From positions 100,812,001-100,876,000 of the forward strand of contig NW_026262701.1 of assembly GCF_021869535.1 (NCBI RefSeq): 64,000 nucleotides of DNA, in the 5' to 3' direction. The translations under genes were made by a program, and so were the position numbers. Source of the stretch: Mytilus californianus. Its lineage: Eukaryota. Shown one piece after another: positions 27,878 through 40,807 of the stretch (position 1 is the stretch's first letter; each line of letters begins with the position of its first letter). Below the pieces are notes generated by a model. It was not told the origin of the DNA. It saw nothing but the letters and a program-made list of their open reading frames with translations, and did not search any database.

Positions 27878-30800
27878 TACAGGGTTAGTCCCCAGGGGTC
27901 ACCCCCATCCCCTGCCATTTAAGAAAGTTCTAATACCTTGTAAGTGGTCAAGATCCCCACCCCTAAACCATATATATTCTGGTTTGTCATGCTAAGATGG
28001 TTTGAATGATATACAGGGTTAGTCCCCAGGGGTCATCCCCACCCCCTGTCATTTGAGAAAGTTCTAATATCTTGTAAATGGTCGAGATCCCCACCCCTAA
28101 ACCATATATATTCTGGTTTGTCATGATAAAGCACATCAAATGTTATACAGGGTTAGTCCCCAGGGGTCACCCCCACCCCCTGCCATTTAAGAAAGTTCTA
28201 ATATCTTCTAAGTTGTCAAGATCCCCACCCCTAAACCATATATATTCTGGTTTGTCATGCTAAGATGGTTTGAATGATATACAGGGTTAGTCCCCAGGGG
28301 TCATCCGGACCCCCTGCCATTTTAGAAAGTTCTAATATCTTGTAAATGGTCAAGATCCCCACCCCTAAACCATATATATTCTGGTTTGTCATGATAAAGC
28401 ACATCAAATGTTATACAGGGTAAGTCCCCAGGGGTCACCCCCACCCCCTGCCATTTAAGAAAGTTCTAATATCATCTAAGTGGTCAAGATCCCCACCCCT
28501 AAACCATATATATTCTGGTTTGTCATGCTGAGATGGTTTGAATGATATACAGGGTAAGTCCCCAGGGGTCATCCCGACCCCCTGCCATTTGAGAAAGTTC
28601 TAATATCTTGTAAATGGTCGAGATCCCCACCCCTAAACCATATATATTCTGGTTTGTCATGATAAAGCACATCAAATGTTATACAGGGTTAGTCCCCAGC
28701 GGTCACCCCCACCCCTTGCCATTTGAGAAAGTTCTAATATCTTGTAAATGGTCGAGATCCCCACCCCTAAACCATATATATTCTGGTTTGTCATGATAAA
28801 GCACATCAAATGAAATACAGGGGTAGTCCCCAGGGGTCACCCCCACCCCTTGCCATTTAAGAAAGTTCTAATATCTTCTAAGTGGTCAAGATCCCCACAC
28901 CTAAACCATATATATTCTGGTTTGTCATGCTGAGATGGTTTGAATGATATACAGGGTAAGTCCCCAGGGGTCATCCCGACCCCCTGCCATTTGAGAAAGT
29001 TCTAATATCTTGTAAAAGGTCGAGATCCCCACCCCTAAACCATATATATTCTGGTTTGTCATGATAAAGCACATCAAATGAAATACAGGGGTAGTCCCCA
29101 GGGGTCACCCCCACCCCTTGCCATTTAAGAAAGTTCTAATATCTTCTAAGTGGTCAAGATCCCCACCCCTAAACCATATATATTCTGGTTTGTCATGCTG
29201 AGATGGTTTGAATGATATACAGGGTAAGTCCCCAGGGGTCATCCCGACCCCCTGCCATTTGAGAAAGTTCTAATATCTTGTAAATGGTCGAGATCCCCAC
29301 CCCTAAACCATATATATTCTGGTTTGTCATGATAAAGCACATCAAATGTAATACAGGGTTAGTCCCCAGCGGTCACCCCCACCCCTTGCCATTTGAGAAA
29401 GTTCTAATATCTTGTAAATGGTCGAGATCCCCACCCCTAAACCATATATATTCTGGTTTGTCATGATAAAGCACATCAAATGAAATACAGGGTTAGTCTC
29501 CAGGGGTCACCCCCACCCCTTGCCATTTGAGAAAGTTCTAATATCTTCTAAGTGGTCAAGATCCCCACCCCTAAACCATATATATTCTGGTTTGTCATGC
29601 TGAGATGGTTTGAATGATATACAGGGTAAGTCCCCAGGGGTCATCCCGACCCCCTGCCATTTGAGAAAGTTCTAATATCTTGTAAAAGGTCGAGATCCCC
29701 ACCCCTAAACCATATATATTCTGGTTTGTCATGATAAAGCACATCAAATGTTATACAGGGTTAGTCCCCAGCAGTCACCCCCACCCCTTGCCATTTGAGA
29801 AAGTTCTAATATCTTGTAAATGGTCGAGATCCCCACCCCTAAACCATATATATTCTGGTTTGTCATGATAAAGCACATCAAATGAAATACAGGGGTAGTC
29901 CCCAGGGGTCAACCCCACCCCTTGCCATTTAAGAAAGTTCTAATATCTTCTAAGTGGTCAAGATCCCCACCCCTAAACCATATATATTCTGGTTTGTCAT
30001 GCTGAGATGGTTTGAATGATATACAGGGTAAGTCCCCAGGGGTCATCCCGACCCCCTGTCATTTGAGAAAGTTCTAATATCTTGTAAATGGTCGAGATCC
30101 CCACCCCTAAACCATATATATTCTGGTTTGTCATGATAAAGCACATCAAATGTAATACAGGGTTAGTCCCCAGCGGTCACCCCCACCCCTTGCCATTTGA
30201 GAAAGTTCTAATATCTTGTAAATGGTCGAGATCCCCACCCCTAAACCATATATATTCTGGTTTGTCATGATAAAGCACATCAAATGAAATACAGGGTTAG
30301 TCTCCAGGGGTCACCCCCACCCCCTGCCATTTAAGAAAGTTCTAATATCTTCTAAGTGGTCAAGATCCCCATCCCTAAACCATATATATTCTGGTTTGTC
30401 ATGCGAAGATGGTTTGAATGATAGACAGGGTTAGTCCCCAGGGGTCATCCCGACCCCCTGTCATTTGAGAAAGTTCTAATATCTTGTAAATGGTCGAGAT
30501 CCCCACCCCTAAACCATATATATTCTGGTTTGTCATGATAAAGCACATCAAATGTAATACAGGGTTAGTCCCCAGCGGTCACCCCCACCCCTTGCCATTT
30601 GAGAAAGTTCTAATATCTTGTAAATGGTCGAGATCCCCACCCCTAAACCATATATATTCTGGTTTGTCATGATAAAGCACATCAAATGAAATACAGGGTT
30701 AGTCTCCAGGGGTCACCCCCACCCCCTGCCATTTAAGAAAGTTCTAATATCTTCTAAGTGGTCAAGATCCCCATCCCTAAACCATATATATTCTGGTTTG

Positions 30801-31215
30801 TCATGCGAAGATGGTTTGAATGATAGACAGGGTTAGTCCCCAGGGGTCATCCCGACCCCCTGTCATTTGAGAAAGTTCTAATATCTTGTAAATGGTCGAG
30901 ATCCCCACCCCTAAACCATATATATTCCTATTTGTCATGTCTCGAACATTTGAATGACGTATACGGTCAGTCCCCAGGGGTTCCCCCCACCCCCAATGTT
31001 CTAATATCTTGTAAATGGTTGAGATCGCCACCCCTAAACCATATATATTCCTGTTCGTCATGTAATGAACATTTGAATGACGTATAGGGCCAGTCCCCAG
31101 GGGTTCCTCCCCACCCCCAATATTCTAGTATCTTGTAAATGGTTGAGATCCCCACCCCTAAACCATATATATTCTGGTTTGTCATGCCAAGATGATTTGA
31201 ATGATATACAAGGTT
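27878..31215. repeat. 134-bp satellite array, about 25 monomers with higher-order structure
   Basis: Unit ATACAGGGTTAGTCCCCAGGGGTCACCCCCACCCC...CTAAACCATATATATTCTGGTTTGTCATG; ORF-track offsets 536, 670, 804, 402 are all multiples of 134. Confidence 0.97.
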
Positions 31216-32831
31216 AGTCCCCAGGCATCACTAATGCATATAACTTTACTGGACCAAACCAATTTTCAATGGATGTTGCCCAATGTCAGGCGACCCTGGG
31301 AATTACGAATTATGGGAGCTTCGTTTGGGAGACTTCGTAACAGCATCCTGTTACATTCATTTCTTGTTTCCCATAAAAGACAAATTTTACCTTTATTTTT
31401 TATTTCTGCCTATTATCTTGAAAACTATAATAGATAGAGAGAGACCTTAGATTGCAAAAGTAATCAGCAAGAAAAGTTCCACAAAAAAGTCTCCTGGTCG
31501 AAATCGTCAGTCAACTCCTTATTAGAGTTATTGCCCTTTGATGATGATTTTTACCAATTTTTTGCGTTTTTGCCTTATATCTTAACAATTAAGATAGATA
31601 GATAGAAACTTAAATAAACAAAAATTACCAGAAAGAAAAGATCTACCATTTGAGAAAGTTCTAATATCTTGTAAATGGTCGAGATCCCCACCCCTAAACC
31701 ATATATATTCTGGTTTGTCATGATAAAGCACATCAAATGTAATACAGGGTTAGTCCCCAGCGGTCACCCCCACCCCTTGCCATTTGAGAAAGTTCTAATA
31801 TCTTGTAAATGGTCGAGATCCCCACCCCTAAACCATATATATTCTGGTTTGTCATGATAAAGCACATCAAATGAAATACAGGGTTAGTCTCCAGGGGTCA
31901 CCCCCACCCCCTGCCATTTAAGAAAGTTCTAATATCTTCTAAGTGGTCAAGATCCCCATCCCTAAACCATATATATTCTGGTTTGTCATGCGAAGATGGT
32001 TTGAATGATAGACAGGGTTAGTCCCCAGGGGTCATCCCGACCCCCTGTCATTTGAGAAAGTTCTAATATCTTGTAAATGGTCGAGATCCCCACCCCTAAA
32101 CCATATATATTCCTATTTGTCATGTCTCGAACATTTGAATGACGTATACGGTCAGTCCCCAGGGGTTCCCCCCACCCCCAATGTTCTAATATCTTGTAAA
32201 TGGTTGAGATCGCCACCCCTAAACCATATATATTCCTGTTCGTCATGTAATGAACATTTGAATGACGTATAGGGCCAGTCCCCAGGGGTTCCTCCCCACC
32301 CCCAATATTCTAGTATCTTGTAAATGGTTGAGATCCCCACCCCTAAACCATATATATTCTGGTTTGTCATGCCAAGATGATTTGAATGATATACAAGGTT
32401 AGTCCCCAGGCATCACTAATGCATATAACTTTACTGGACCAAACCAATTTTCAATGGATGTTGCCCAATGTCAGGCGACCCTGGGAATTACGAATTATGG
32501 GAGCTTCGTTTGGGAGACTTCGTAACAGCATCCTGTTACATTCATTTCTTGTTTCCCATAAAAGACAAATTTTACCTTTATTTTTTATTTCTGCCTATTA
32601 TCTTGAAAACTATAATAGATAGAGAGAGACCTTAGATTGCAAAAGTAATCAGCAAGAAAAGTTCCACAAAAAAGTCTCCTGGTCGAAATCGTCAGTCAAC
32701 TCCTTATTAGAGTTATTGCCCTTTGATGATGATTTTTACCAATTTTTTGCGTTTTTGCCTTATATCTTAACAATTAAGATAGATAGATAGAAACTTAAAT
32801 AAACAAAAATTACCAGAAAGAAAAGATCTAC
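30462..32831. repeat. Direct tandem duplication of 1185 bp (30462-31646 and 31647-32831)
   Basis: Identical ORFs at a constant offset of 1185 (30490/31675, 30801/31986, 31201/32386); junction GATCTAC|CATTTGAG at 31646/31647. Confidence 0.93.
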
Positions 32832-33984
32832 AATTAATTTGATATGGAGGAAATCATCTGACGACTCCTTATTGTAGTTATTGCCCTTTAATGACGATTT
32901 TTACCATTTTTTTGCATTTTGTCTTATATGATAAAAATTATAATAGATAAATTGACACTTTAAATCACACAAATGATCAGCAAAGCAAGATCTACTCAAG
33001 TCAAATTTTGCCGATATGGTTAGTAGACTTAAATGAGGATTTTTTTTTACCCTCTTTTGTGTTTTGAGCAAAAATTAAAGAATATAGAGAGAAACTAAAC
33101 AGACTAAATGATCAGCAATACAAGATCAACAAAACAGAGATTTTTGTCATTAATTCTGTTCTTGTCTACAATATTGGAGAGTGTCCTTTGTTGAATATGC
33201 ACATAGACCAAGGTGAGCGACACAGGCTCTAGTTAGTCAAGTTGCAACAAAGCCAAACTCAGCGTATAAATGATGAATGTCATCTGGCTCTCCAGATATC
33301 AACATTTCGGTTTCAGGACAAAATCTTTTGAGCAATAAACAACATCTTTACCAAACTTGGTTTGATAATACCTCATTGTGTGATGACAAACCCTATTAAT
33401 CAAAGATTAAGGGGTTATAGATCACAGCCACTATTTATAGACTGGGTCATATCTTTTGAACCATATGACCTATATTCCCAAAGGTTAGCTTGAGAATAAC
33501 CCTTGAATAGAACTAGACCCCTAAAGATTTTGTGTCAGTAGATCAAAGATCAAGGTCACAGTACCCTTCATTGAACATAAATTGTCAGTAGGCTTTACAG
33601 TCTTCAGCACGCATCTCGGCTTATGCACCCTTGGTGCTTCTGGAATTTTTATACTACTAAATTTTTCAAATTGTATCAATTTTGTATCATTCTGGATCAG
33701 TGTTAGGTAAAGAATTTAAAAAGGCAAAAACAATGTATTTATTTGGGTTTATTTTCAATTCAGTGTAAATTTTAGAAAAAATAATTTGGCTAATTACAGA
33801 TAAGGTGCTCATAGAATGATTAATTTGATAAATATGAACTACAAGGGGATTTTAGTTGATTCTTTACAGATTTATCTCTGCTTATGAATGAATGTGACTG
33901 ACTCAAATCAATAATACTGATTAAAATGTTAAGTCATGCATATTATATTACCCTTCGAGTCAAAGGTTTCTTAATTTTTCATGA

Positions 33985-34206
<222 letters not shown>

Positions 34207-34775
34207 TAGATGTTAATAAGCCATAAAATTTTGCTTGGCCATTTTGAATATTAACTCCCTTTGAAGTTCCTAGTTTTAGAGTAAAGTACTTTCCTGGGAT
34301 AATCAATGATGATCATTTGATAGAATATTTTTAATTGCCTCCTATGTTAACCTAGGCAATCCAAGTTCAAGTAAATTGCTACTAATATTTTTAACAGCTT
34401 TTAAATTAATTTCTGTATACCATATAAATATATAACACAAAGCAGTAACACGGAAAACACATGTTTCATGAAAGATTTACATTTCTTCATTATTTGTCTA
34501 TAATATTGCATAAATACTCTCAATTTGATTAAAATGGTTATAAGAACGTCACTGGTTTCTTGGATTTATTTTATCTATACTTCAAACCTATCCCATCTGA
34601 ATAGAATTTGTGGTTATTATGAAATGCAACATTACATGATTGAAATGGTACCACACAAATAATTACACTTTCCCATTTGTTTATTAAATCAATTATAAAA
34701 ATTTAAATGTTTAATAAGGCATTTAGTTCAAAATCAAGAACATTCTTAAATGTTCATCTTTCTATCATTATTAAT

Positions 34776-34955
34776 TACAGTCAAACCTATATATAAAGGT
34801 CATCCTCAGGACCAGAGAAAACTGACCTTGTAAGAGAGGTGATCTTCAAATTGAGATTTAAAATGCATAGATATTACTACAGCTTGACAAGAGGGTGATC
34901 TAAAATGTCCGGTTTTCGCTTAATAGAGTTAGCCTTTATAGCAAGTTTGACTCTA
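34776..34955. mobile_element. MITE with TACAGTCAAAC ends (Tc1/mariner-like)
   Basis: TACAGTCAAACCT...AAGTTTGACTCTA, 11/13 inverted match. Confidence 0.6.
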
Positions 34956-35401
34956 TTCCCATGCAAAATCTTTCTTTTCAAGATAAATAATGTTTAGTTG
35001 AAGCTCTTTACATATGTTGTTTGACAAGAAATTTCTTGATAATGTTTAGAGTCATTATGAAAATATTTGCAGATTTATTAGGGATATGTAAGTCATTTAA
35101 TCTTAACAGGAAATTTATTATTTTGTTTTATTACTTACTCTTTAATACTAATTTTTCTCATATTACACTACCCCTCCTCTGTGGTAGTCACTAACTTATA
35201 CCAAGTTATTTTCAACATGTTCTTTAAAAAAAATTATGTAAATTTATTGTATAGCAGAATTATCTTTCCTTGGAACGTAACGAAAAGTTAATGTGCAATA
35301 TTCTATGAAAGTGCACTAGTGCTAATATAGCTTCAAATTATCGATGTCAATTTATCAGTGACAAAAATATGTTTTTCATGCTTTGCTATACAATAAAAGG
35401 G

Positions 35402-35514
35402 TTATTGCTTGAATATTGGTGAATATTATACCTGGTAGAATATATATTGCACTCGTAAGATCATTCAATATAAAAATCTATTTGGGACAATATTCACCAA
35501 TATTAATCCAATAA
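35402..35514. mobile_element. Small foldback MITE (113 bp)
   Basis: 26-bp near-perfect inverted ends TTATTGCTTGAATATTGGTGAATATT / AATATTCACCAATATTAATCCAATAA. Confidence 0.65.
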
Positions 35515-35982
35515 TTATGTAAGAGATTTCAGTTGCTTTTCTCAAAGGTGGTGGTATTATAGGGATACAATTTATAAGGCATATTTTTTCTTTACTTTAT
35601 GGAGGACTGGGAAGCCTGAGTCTCAAGATCTACATATGATAGGCCAAAATACATGTATGAAATATAGGTTCATTCTAAGGAGCTCTCATGTATCTAACAA
35701 GGGTTTTATTCTTTGACCAAATTTCAGTATGTAGACCTTTGGAATTGTGGTATATTGGTTTTCAAATTCAGCTGGCAAAATATTTTGGTATATCTCTTTT
35801 CGAATAAATTTAGTGAATTAGTTATTATATGATTAGATATTACAAATATATTTATTATTTATCAAAAGCAAATTTTTTACTTATAAATATTTATGTATCA
35901 TTTTTGTATTTTTTTCATTAAAAAATAAATGTTATCTATAGCATCAAATCCTTTCTTTTTGAAGAAATAGTTTGCTAATTAA

Positions 35983-36348
<366 letters not shown>

Positions 36349-36440
36349 TAACAAATCGTCAGTTTTGATTATTATACACCAGCTTCCAAGGCAGTGATAA
36401 ACTGGTATATGTCTGTACAACCCTCAGTTTGTGTATCTGT

Positions 36441-37383
36441 ATTTTTTTGGATCATATAATGGTATGATGTCGTCTGCGTCGTCGTCCGAAGATACATTGG
36501 TTTCCGGACAATAAATTTAGTTTAAGTGAATGGATCTCTATGAAATTTTTTAAGAAGGTTCAATACCACAAAAGGAAGGTTGGGATTGATTTTGGGGATG
36601 ATGGTCCCAACCGTTTAGGAATTAGGGGCCCAAAACAAGCATTTTTCTAGTTTCAGGATAATAACTTGTGTATAAGTATTTCGGTTGCTCTGAAATTGTA
36701 CCACAATGTTTAATACCACAAGTAGAAGGTTTGGGATTCATTTAAGGGGTTATGGGGCCAACAGTTTAGGAATTAAGGGCCAAAAACAAACATTTTTCTA
36801 GTATCCAGACAATAACTTGTGTGTAAGTGTATGGATCTCTCTGACATTGTACCACAAGGTTCCATATAACAAAGGGAAGGCTGGGATTGAGTTTGGTGTT
36901 AATTGCCCCAAACATGTAGGAATTAGGAGCCAAAATCAAGCATTTTTCTAGTTTCCGGACAATAACTTGTGTGTAAGTGTATGGATCTCTCTGAAATTGT
37001 ACTACAAGGTTCCATACTTCAAAGGAAAGGCTGGGATTGAGTTTTGGGGTTATTGCATCAAGGGGGGTTTCAAAAAGTTGGGAGGGGGGGATTTTTTTTC
37101 CAATTTTTTTAAGGGATTCATATTTTTTTCTTCAAAATTTTTTAAATTTTGAATTTTTGAAAAGTTTCAAGAAGAAATCCTCAATTGCACAGTATTGCGC
37201 AATGGATTTATAAGATTTTTGACCACATTTATTTTGTGTCTGAAACCTATATTATGTCAAAAATTTGATCACAATCCAAATTCAGACAGTATCAAGCTTG
37301 AATATTGTGTCCAAATTTGCCCTAACTGTTCAGGGTTCCACCTCTGCGGTCGTATCAGGCTGCGTTCAGCGAAGCATTTTATT
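36441..37383 (+). mobile_element. HINE-A copy 4 (eroded head, no internal 130-bp array)
   Basis: (GTC)n, four about 150-bp 5' modules, 3' TGCGGTCGTATCAGGCTGCGTTCAGCGAAGCATTTTATT. Confidence 0.78.
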
Positions 37384-38169
37384 TTCACAGTTAATTCAGC
37401 AACTACAAATCAGAGCATCCTGAAATTTGGTATCAAGCTTTTTGTGAGCATGCATAACTCTATGATGTATTATCACATTAATCACTCACCACATTCCTGT
37501 ATACCGAATACGTATATATTCTTTCACATAATGGCATGTATGAAATTTTCGTCACATCTCTGTCTGTCACATACATTTTCTTCTCGGTTTAATCAAGAAC
37601 TACAAATCAAGGCCCTCTGCAATTTGGAATCAAGTTTCATGATGCGAGCATGCTATACTATGTGATGCATCAACTTATAACCTATGTTAAATAAGCATAG
37701 AGCGTGACTTGAAAGAATTAATTCAATTCTGATTGGAAAATTTATAACTTTTGTACTTCGCAGTGGACCTCTAAGACTCCATTGAAAGGCAGCCATTTTG
37801 ATTTAATGAATCAAAAATGTTATTGAAAACGTCGATTCACAACAAAAAAAGTGTACAAATACATGTTGACTTTCTTTTAGAATGAATTTATTTCATTTCC
37901 TATCGAGTAACATCAGTAGAAAAGTCCGTTTTGATCTTTTGCATTGTACAAAGTACAACTGATGTTGCAATTTTGATTGTGACGTCACACACATGCACCT
38001 TATCTTTCATTGTAATAAGAACATGGCTTTGTTTGTAAAGTGAAAGAAAAATGTGAAATTACAAAATGTTTATTGGATATGTACATGTAAGTCTATTGTA
38101 AAAATGTATGTGTTCAAATAACATTTTGTTTCTTTTTGCTTGATAATTCTTGTCTAATCTATTTAATAG

Positions 38170-38252
38170 GCTATGGATGTTACTATTCATTGTTTAGATA
38201 TACCACAATTGAAGTCAAAGGGTCTTCAAGAACTCTTTCCTGCTATTTGTCG
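38170..38252 (+). CDS. WDR7: WDR7 coding exon 17
   Basis: aatag|...|gtaag; AMDVTIHCLDIPQLKSKGLQELFPAIC(R). Confidence 0.93.
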
Positions 38253-38599
38253 GTAAGAATTTTGTGTATTATGCATGAACTACGTCTTCATTAATTTCAG
38301 CTTTACGTTAATGCAGAAAGGGGATGCAGGGTATAGCACCCATCTTTCTTAATTTTTGTTTTAGTTATGTAAAAATTGACCAAAATCAGGCTGGAACCTC
38401 TTTTACCGTGTACATCTCCTCTTTTAAAAAATTCTGTATCCATGTCTGATTACTATTTCATTCATAAAAAAATGCCCCTAAAATCTATATTCACCAATTA
38501 TACCTACATCACAGACTATCTCATATGTCAGTAATATAACAAAACTGTAAGACAACAAAATGTGCAGAATTATTAGACAACAAAATGAACAGACTTAAC

Positions 38600-38860
38600 T
38601 GAATCAGGCCGTTGGTTTTTTCCATTGAATTGTTTTACATTTTGTTATGTTAGTGCCTTCTATAGCTTACTATACAGTATGAGTTTTGTTCATTATTGAA
38701 GGCCATATAGTGAACTATATTTGCTTACATCTACATCATTTGGTCTCTGGTGGTTAGTTGTCTCATTGGCAATCTTCCCTAATCTGTTTACGAGATTTGA
38801 ACATCGAACATCGGTATACTACTGTCGCCTTAATTTACCACATCTTCTTATTTCTATATT
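38600..38860 (+). repeat. Abundant dispersed repeat family (other copies near 22200, 44150-44365, 44960, and 58560-58730 / 59070-59300 on the minus strand)
   Basis: Shared motif TTTTATAGCT.ACTAT...TTGAAGGCC...GGT.GATAGTTGTCTCATTGGCA; class not determined. Confidence 0.6.
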
Positions 38861-38942
38861 GACTATATATAAGAACATTTACATTATATTCTGCAGTGGC
38901 AATGCCTTTCTGAATGATACATAACATTTTCTGTTTGTATAG

Positions 38943-39045
38943 TTTCAGTATGGTTAGTATGTGTCCTGTCTCAAAGAGAATTTGGGTTGGAGCTAAGAAT
39001 GGTGGTCTAGCATTTTATGATTTGAAACAACATTCCAAGTGTCAG
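38943..39045 (+). CDS. WDR7: WDR7 coding exon 18
   Basis: tatag|...|gtaagt; FSMVSMCPVSKRIWVGAKNGGLAFYDLKQHSKCQ. Confidence 0.93.
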
Positions 39046-39472
39046 GTAAGTTAATTGATATATATGTAAAAAGTGAAGTAAAATATTTTGAATCTAAATA
39101 TTAGATGTAGGTTGCTGTAGACAGATTTATTAGCAAAAGATAACAGAAAGTAATGGAGGAGATTTCAAACATTGGCAAACAACCGTCCAGAATTTTTTAA
39201 TTTATAGATATTCATTGTCGGTCCTTGCAGCATCCTTAGACTTTCCTATTGGATTTAGGTCTGATTTTTGACAAGGGATGATACCATGGTCAATTTGATT
39301 AACATGTAATGATCTATTTATCACAGATTTTTTAACTCAGTTTGATTGGCTGGGTGATTTGGATTTTTATAAAAGAAAATTGTTTTGTTTTGGGGATACT
39401 ACATGTATAAGCTTTTCTTCTTTGTATGGGGTAATATGTGAGCTGCACACTAAAGATTTTTTAATTTTTTAG

Positions 39473-39577
39473 GTGATAACAGCACATTCAGGTCACATTG
39501 TAGCCACTGCCATAGCTGCTGATGGTAAACATTTGGCAACTTATAGTCATACAGACAATAAGCTTAAATTCTGGCAG
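39473..39577 (+). CDS. WDR7: WDR7 coding exon 19
   Basis: ttttag|...|gtatgt; VITAHSGHIVATAIAADGKHLATYSHTDNKLKFWQ (WD40). Confidence 0.94.
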
Positions 39578-39677
39578 GTATGTTTTACCTTTAGTTTGTC
39601 CGTAGAAAAACTTAACATAGCTTTAAATATGCAGTAAATCCAGTTGAGAGCATTCTATACACATTTGGCATTGCTGC

Positions 39678-40160
39678 TGAATACTGTGGATTCATTAGTG
39701 ATCTGAATATTGTGGATTCATTAGGTGATCTGAATACTATGGATTCATTAGTGATCGGAATACTGTGGATTCATTAGTGATCTGAACACTATGGATTCAT
39801 TAGTGATCTGAATACTGTGGATTCATTAGTGATCTGAATACTGTGGATTCATTAGGTGATCTGAATACTATGGATTCATTAGGTGATCTGAATACTATGG
39901 ATTCATTAGGTGATCTGTGATCTGAACACTATGGATTCATTAGTGATCTGAATACTGTGGATTCATTAGTGATCTGAATACTGTGGATTCATTAGGTGAT
40001 CTGAATACTATGGATTCATTAGGTGATCTGAATACTATGGATTCATTAGGTGATCTGAATACTATGGATTCATTAGTGATCTGAACACTGTGGATTCATT
40101 AGTGATCTGAATACTATGGATTCATTAGTGATCTGAATACTGTGGATTCATTAGTGATTG
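39678..40160. repeat. 26-27 bp minisatellite (about 18 copies) made of the left end of a MITE
   Basis: Unit CTGAATACT(G/A)TGGATTCATTA(G)GTGAT contains the TIR TACTGTGGATTCATT; the last unit runs into the MITE body. Confidence 0.92.
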
Positions 40161-40338
40161 TTGGATACCAATTTTCATGGATTTCTTGGGTATAGGTAAA
40201 TCAAGAATTAAAAAGTTCAACCAAAAACAAATTTTCTAAAGGTTTAAATGCAAAACCATGAAATCAAATACCCAGGAAAATACAATTTTCTCTCAATTCA
40301 CGAAAGTTGTACCCAAGAATAAAAAAAAATCCAAAGTA
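40138..40338. mobile_element. TACTGTGGATT-family MITE
   Basis: Same internal sequence as 3892-4094; right end AATCCAAAGTA. Confidence 0.75.
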
Positions 40339-40621
40339 TTTAAAATGAAAATCTGGCTTACTTTCACAAAGTTCAAGAATGCAGTTCATTTCAAGGTATT
40401 TGATACCTGTGGACTTCATTTAAAGTTTCAGTTTTTGGGAAAAACAAATAAATGGCTTCACTAACACAGTCTAAAAATTGATTTTTTTTCAGCATTGAAA
40501 TCAACTATTGATTGAAAAGCTATTATTAAAATGGAGTACAGATATCTCTAAAATAACAGCTTTTACCATGAAATATATAAGAAAATAGTTCTACACCATC
40601 TTGATTATATTTATTTTTCAG

Positions 40622-40807
40622 ACTGCCTCCTCGTCATTGTTTGGTATTGGATCTCAACAGACAAAGTTGCTGAAACAGTTTGCTACACAACCTCTGCCTA
40701 TTACAAACTTGACAAACTTACTCAAACTAGTCCGATTAGTGTGGATAGATAATAGATTGCTGATTTTACTCACACTCGATGGTAGTGAATATAAATATAG
40801 TATTTAG
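40622..40807 (+). CDS. WDR7: WDR7 last coding exon 20, TAG stop
   Basis: tttcag|; TASSSLFGIG...LLKLVRLVWIDNRLLILLTLDGSEYKYSI* resembles the human end [28 protein letters not shown] as recalled. Confidence 0.93.
   Translation, partial: TASSSLFGIGSQQTKLLKQFATQPLPITNLTNLLKLVRLVWIDNRLLILLTLDGSEYKYSI

Larger units (their letters stand above)
25525..32553 (+). mobile_element. HINE-C element nested in HINE-B; carries a (TTC)n microsatellite, a nested HINE-A and the 134-bp satellite
   Basis: 5' hairpin AAGTCTCCCAAACGAAGTTTGGGAAGACTT; 3' TTCGTTTGGGAGACTT (exact reverse complement of the first 16 nt) plus stem-loop GTAACAG-catc-CTGTTAC; the 3' end occurs twice (about 31368 and 32553). Confidence 0.75.
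25158..33234 (+). mobile_element. HINE-B element interrupted by nested insertions (arms 25158-25526 and about 32554-33234)
   Basis: 5' TTTTTAAGCTCACCTGGCC...GCCAAGTGAGC and 3' AGGTGAGCGACACAGGCTCT; same family as 53693-54680. Confidence 0.72.

Noticed and set aside
27878-31215. G-quadruplex array on the minus strand of the satellite
   Set aside because: G-tracts come in pairs separated by about 43 nt, so the canonical four-tract short-loop pattern is not met.
28078-31857. Repeated 60-aa ORF MVEIPTPKPYIFWF...
   Set aside because: Translation of the 134-bp satellite; no splice or domain support.
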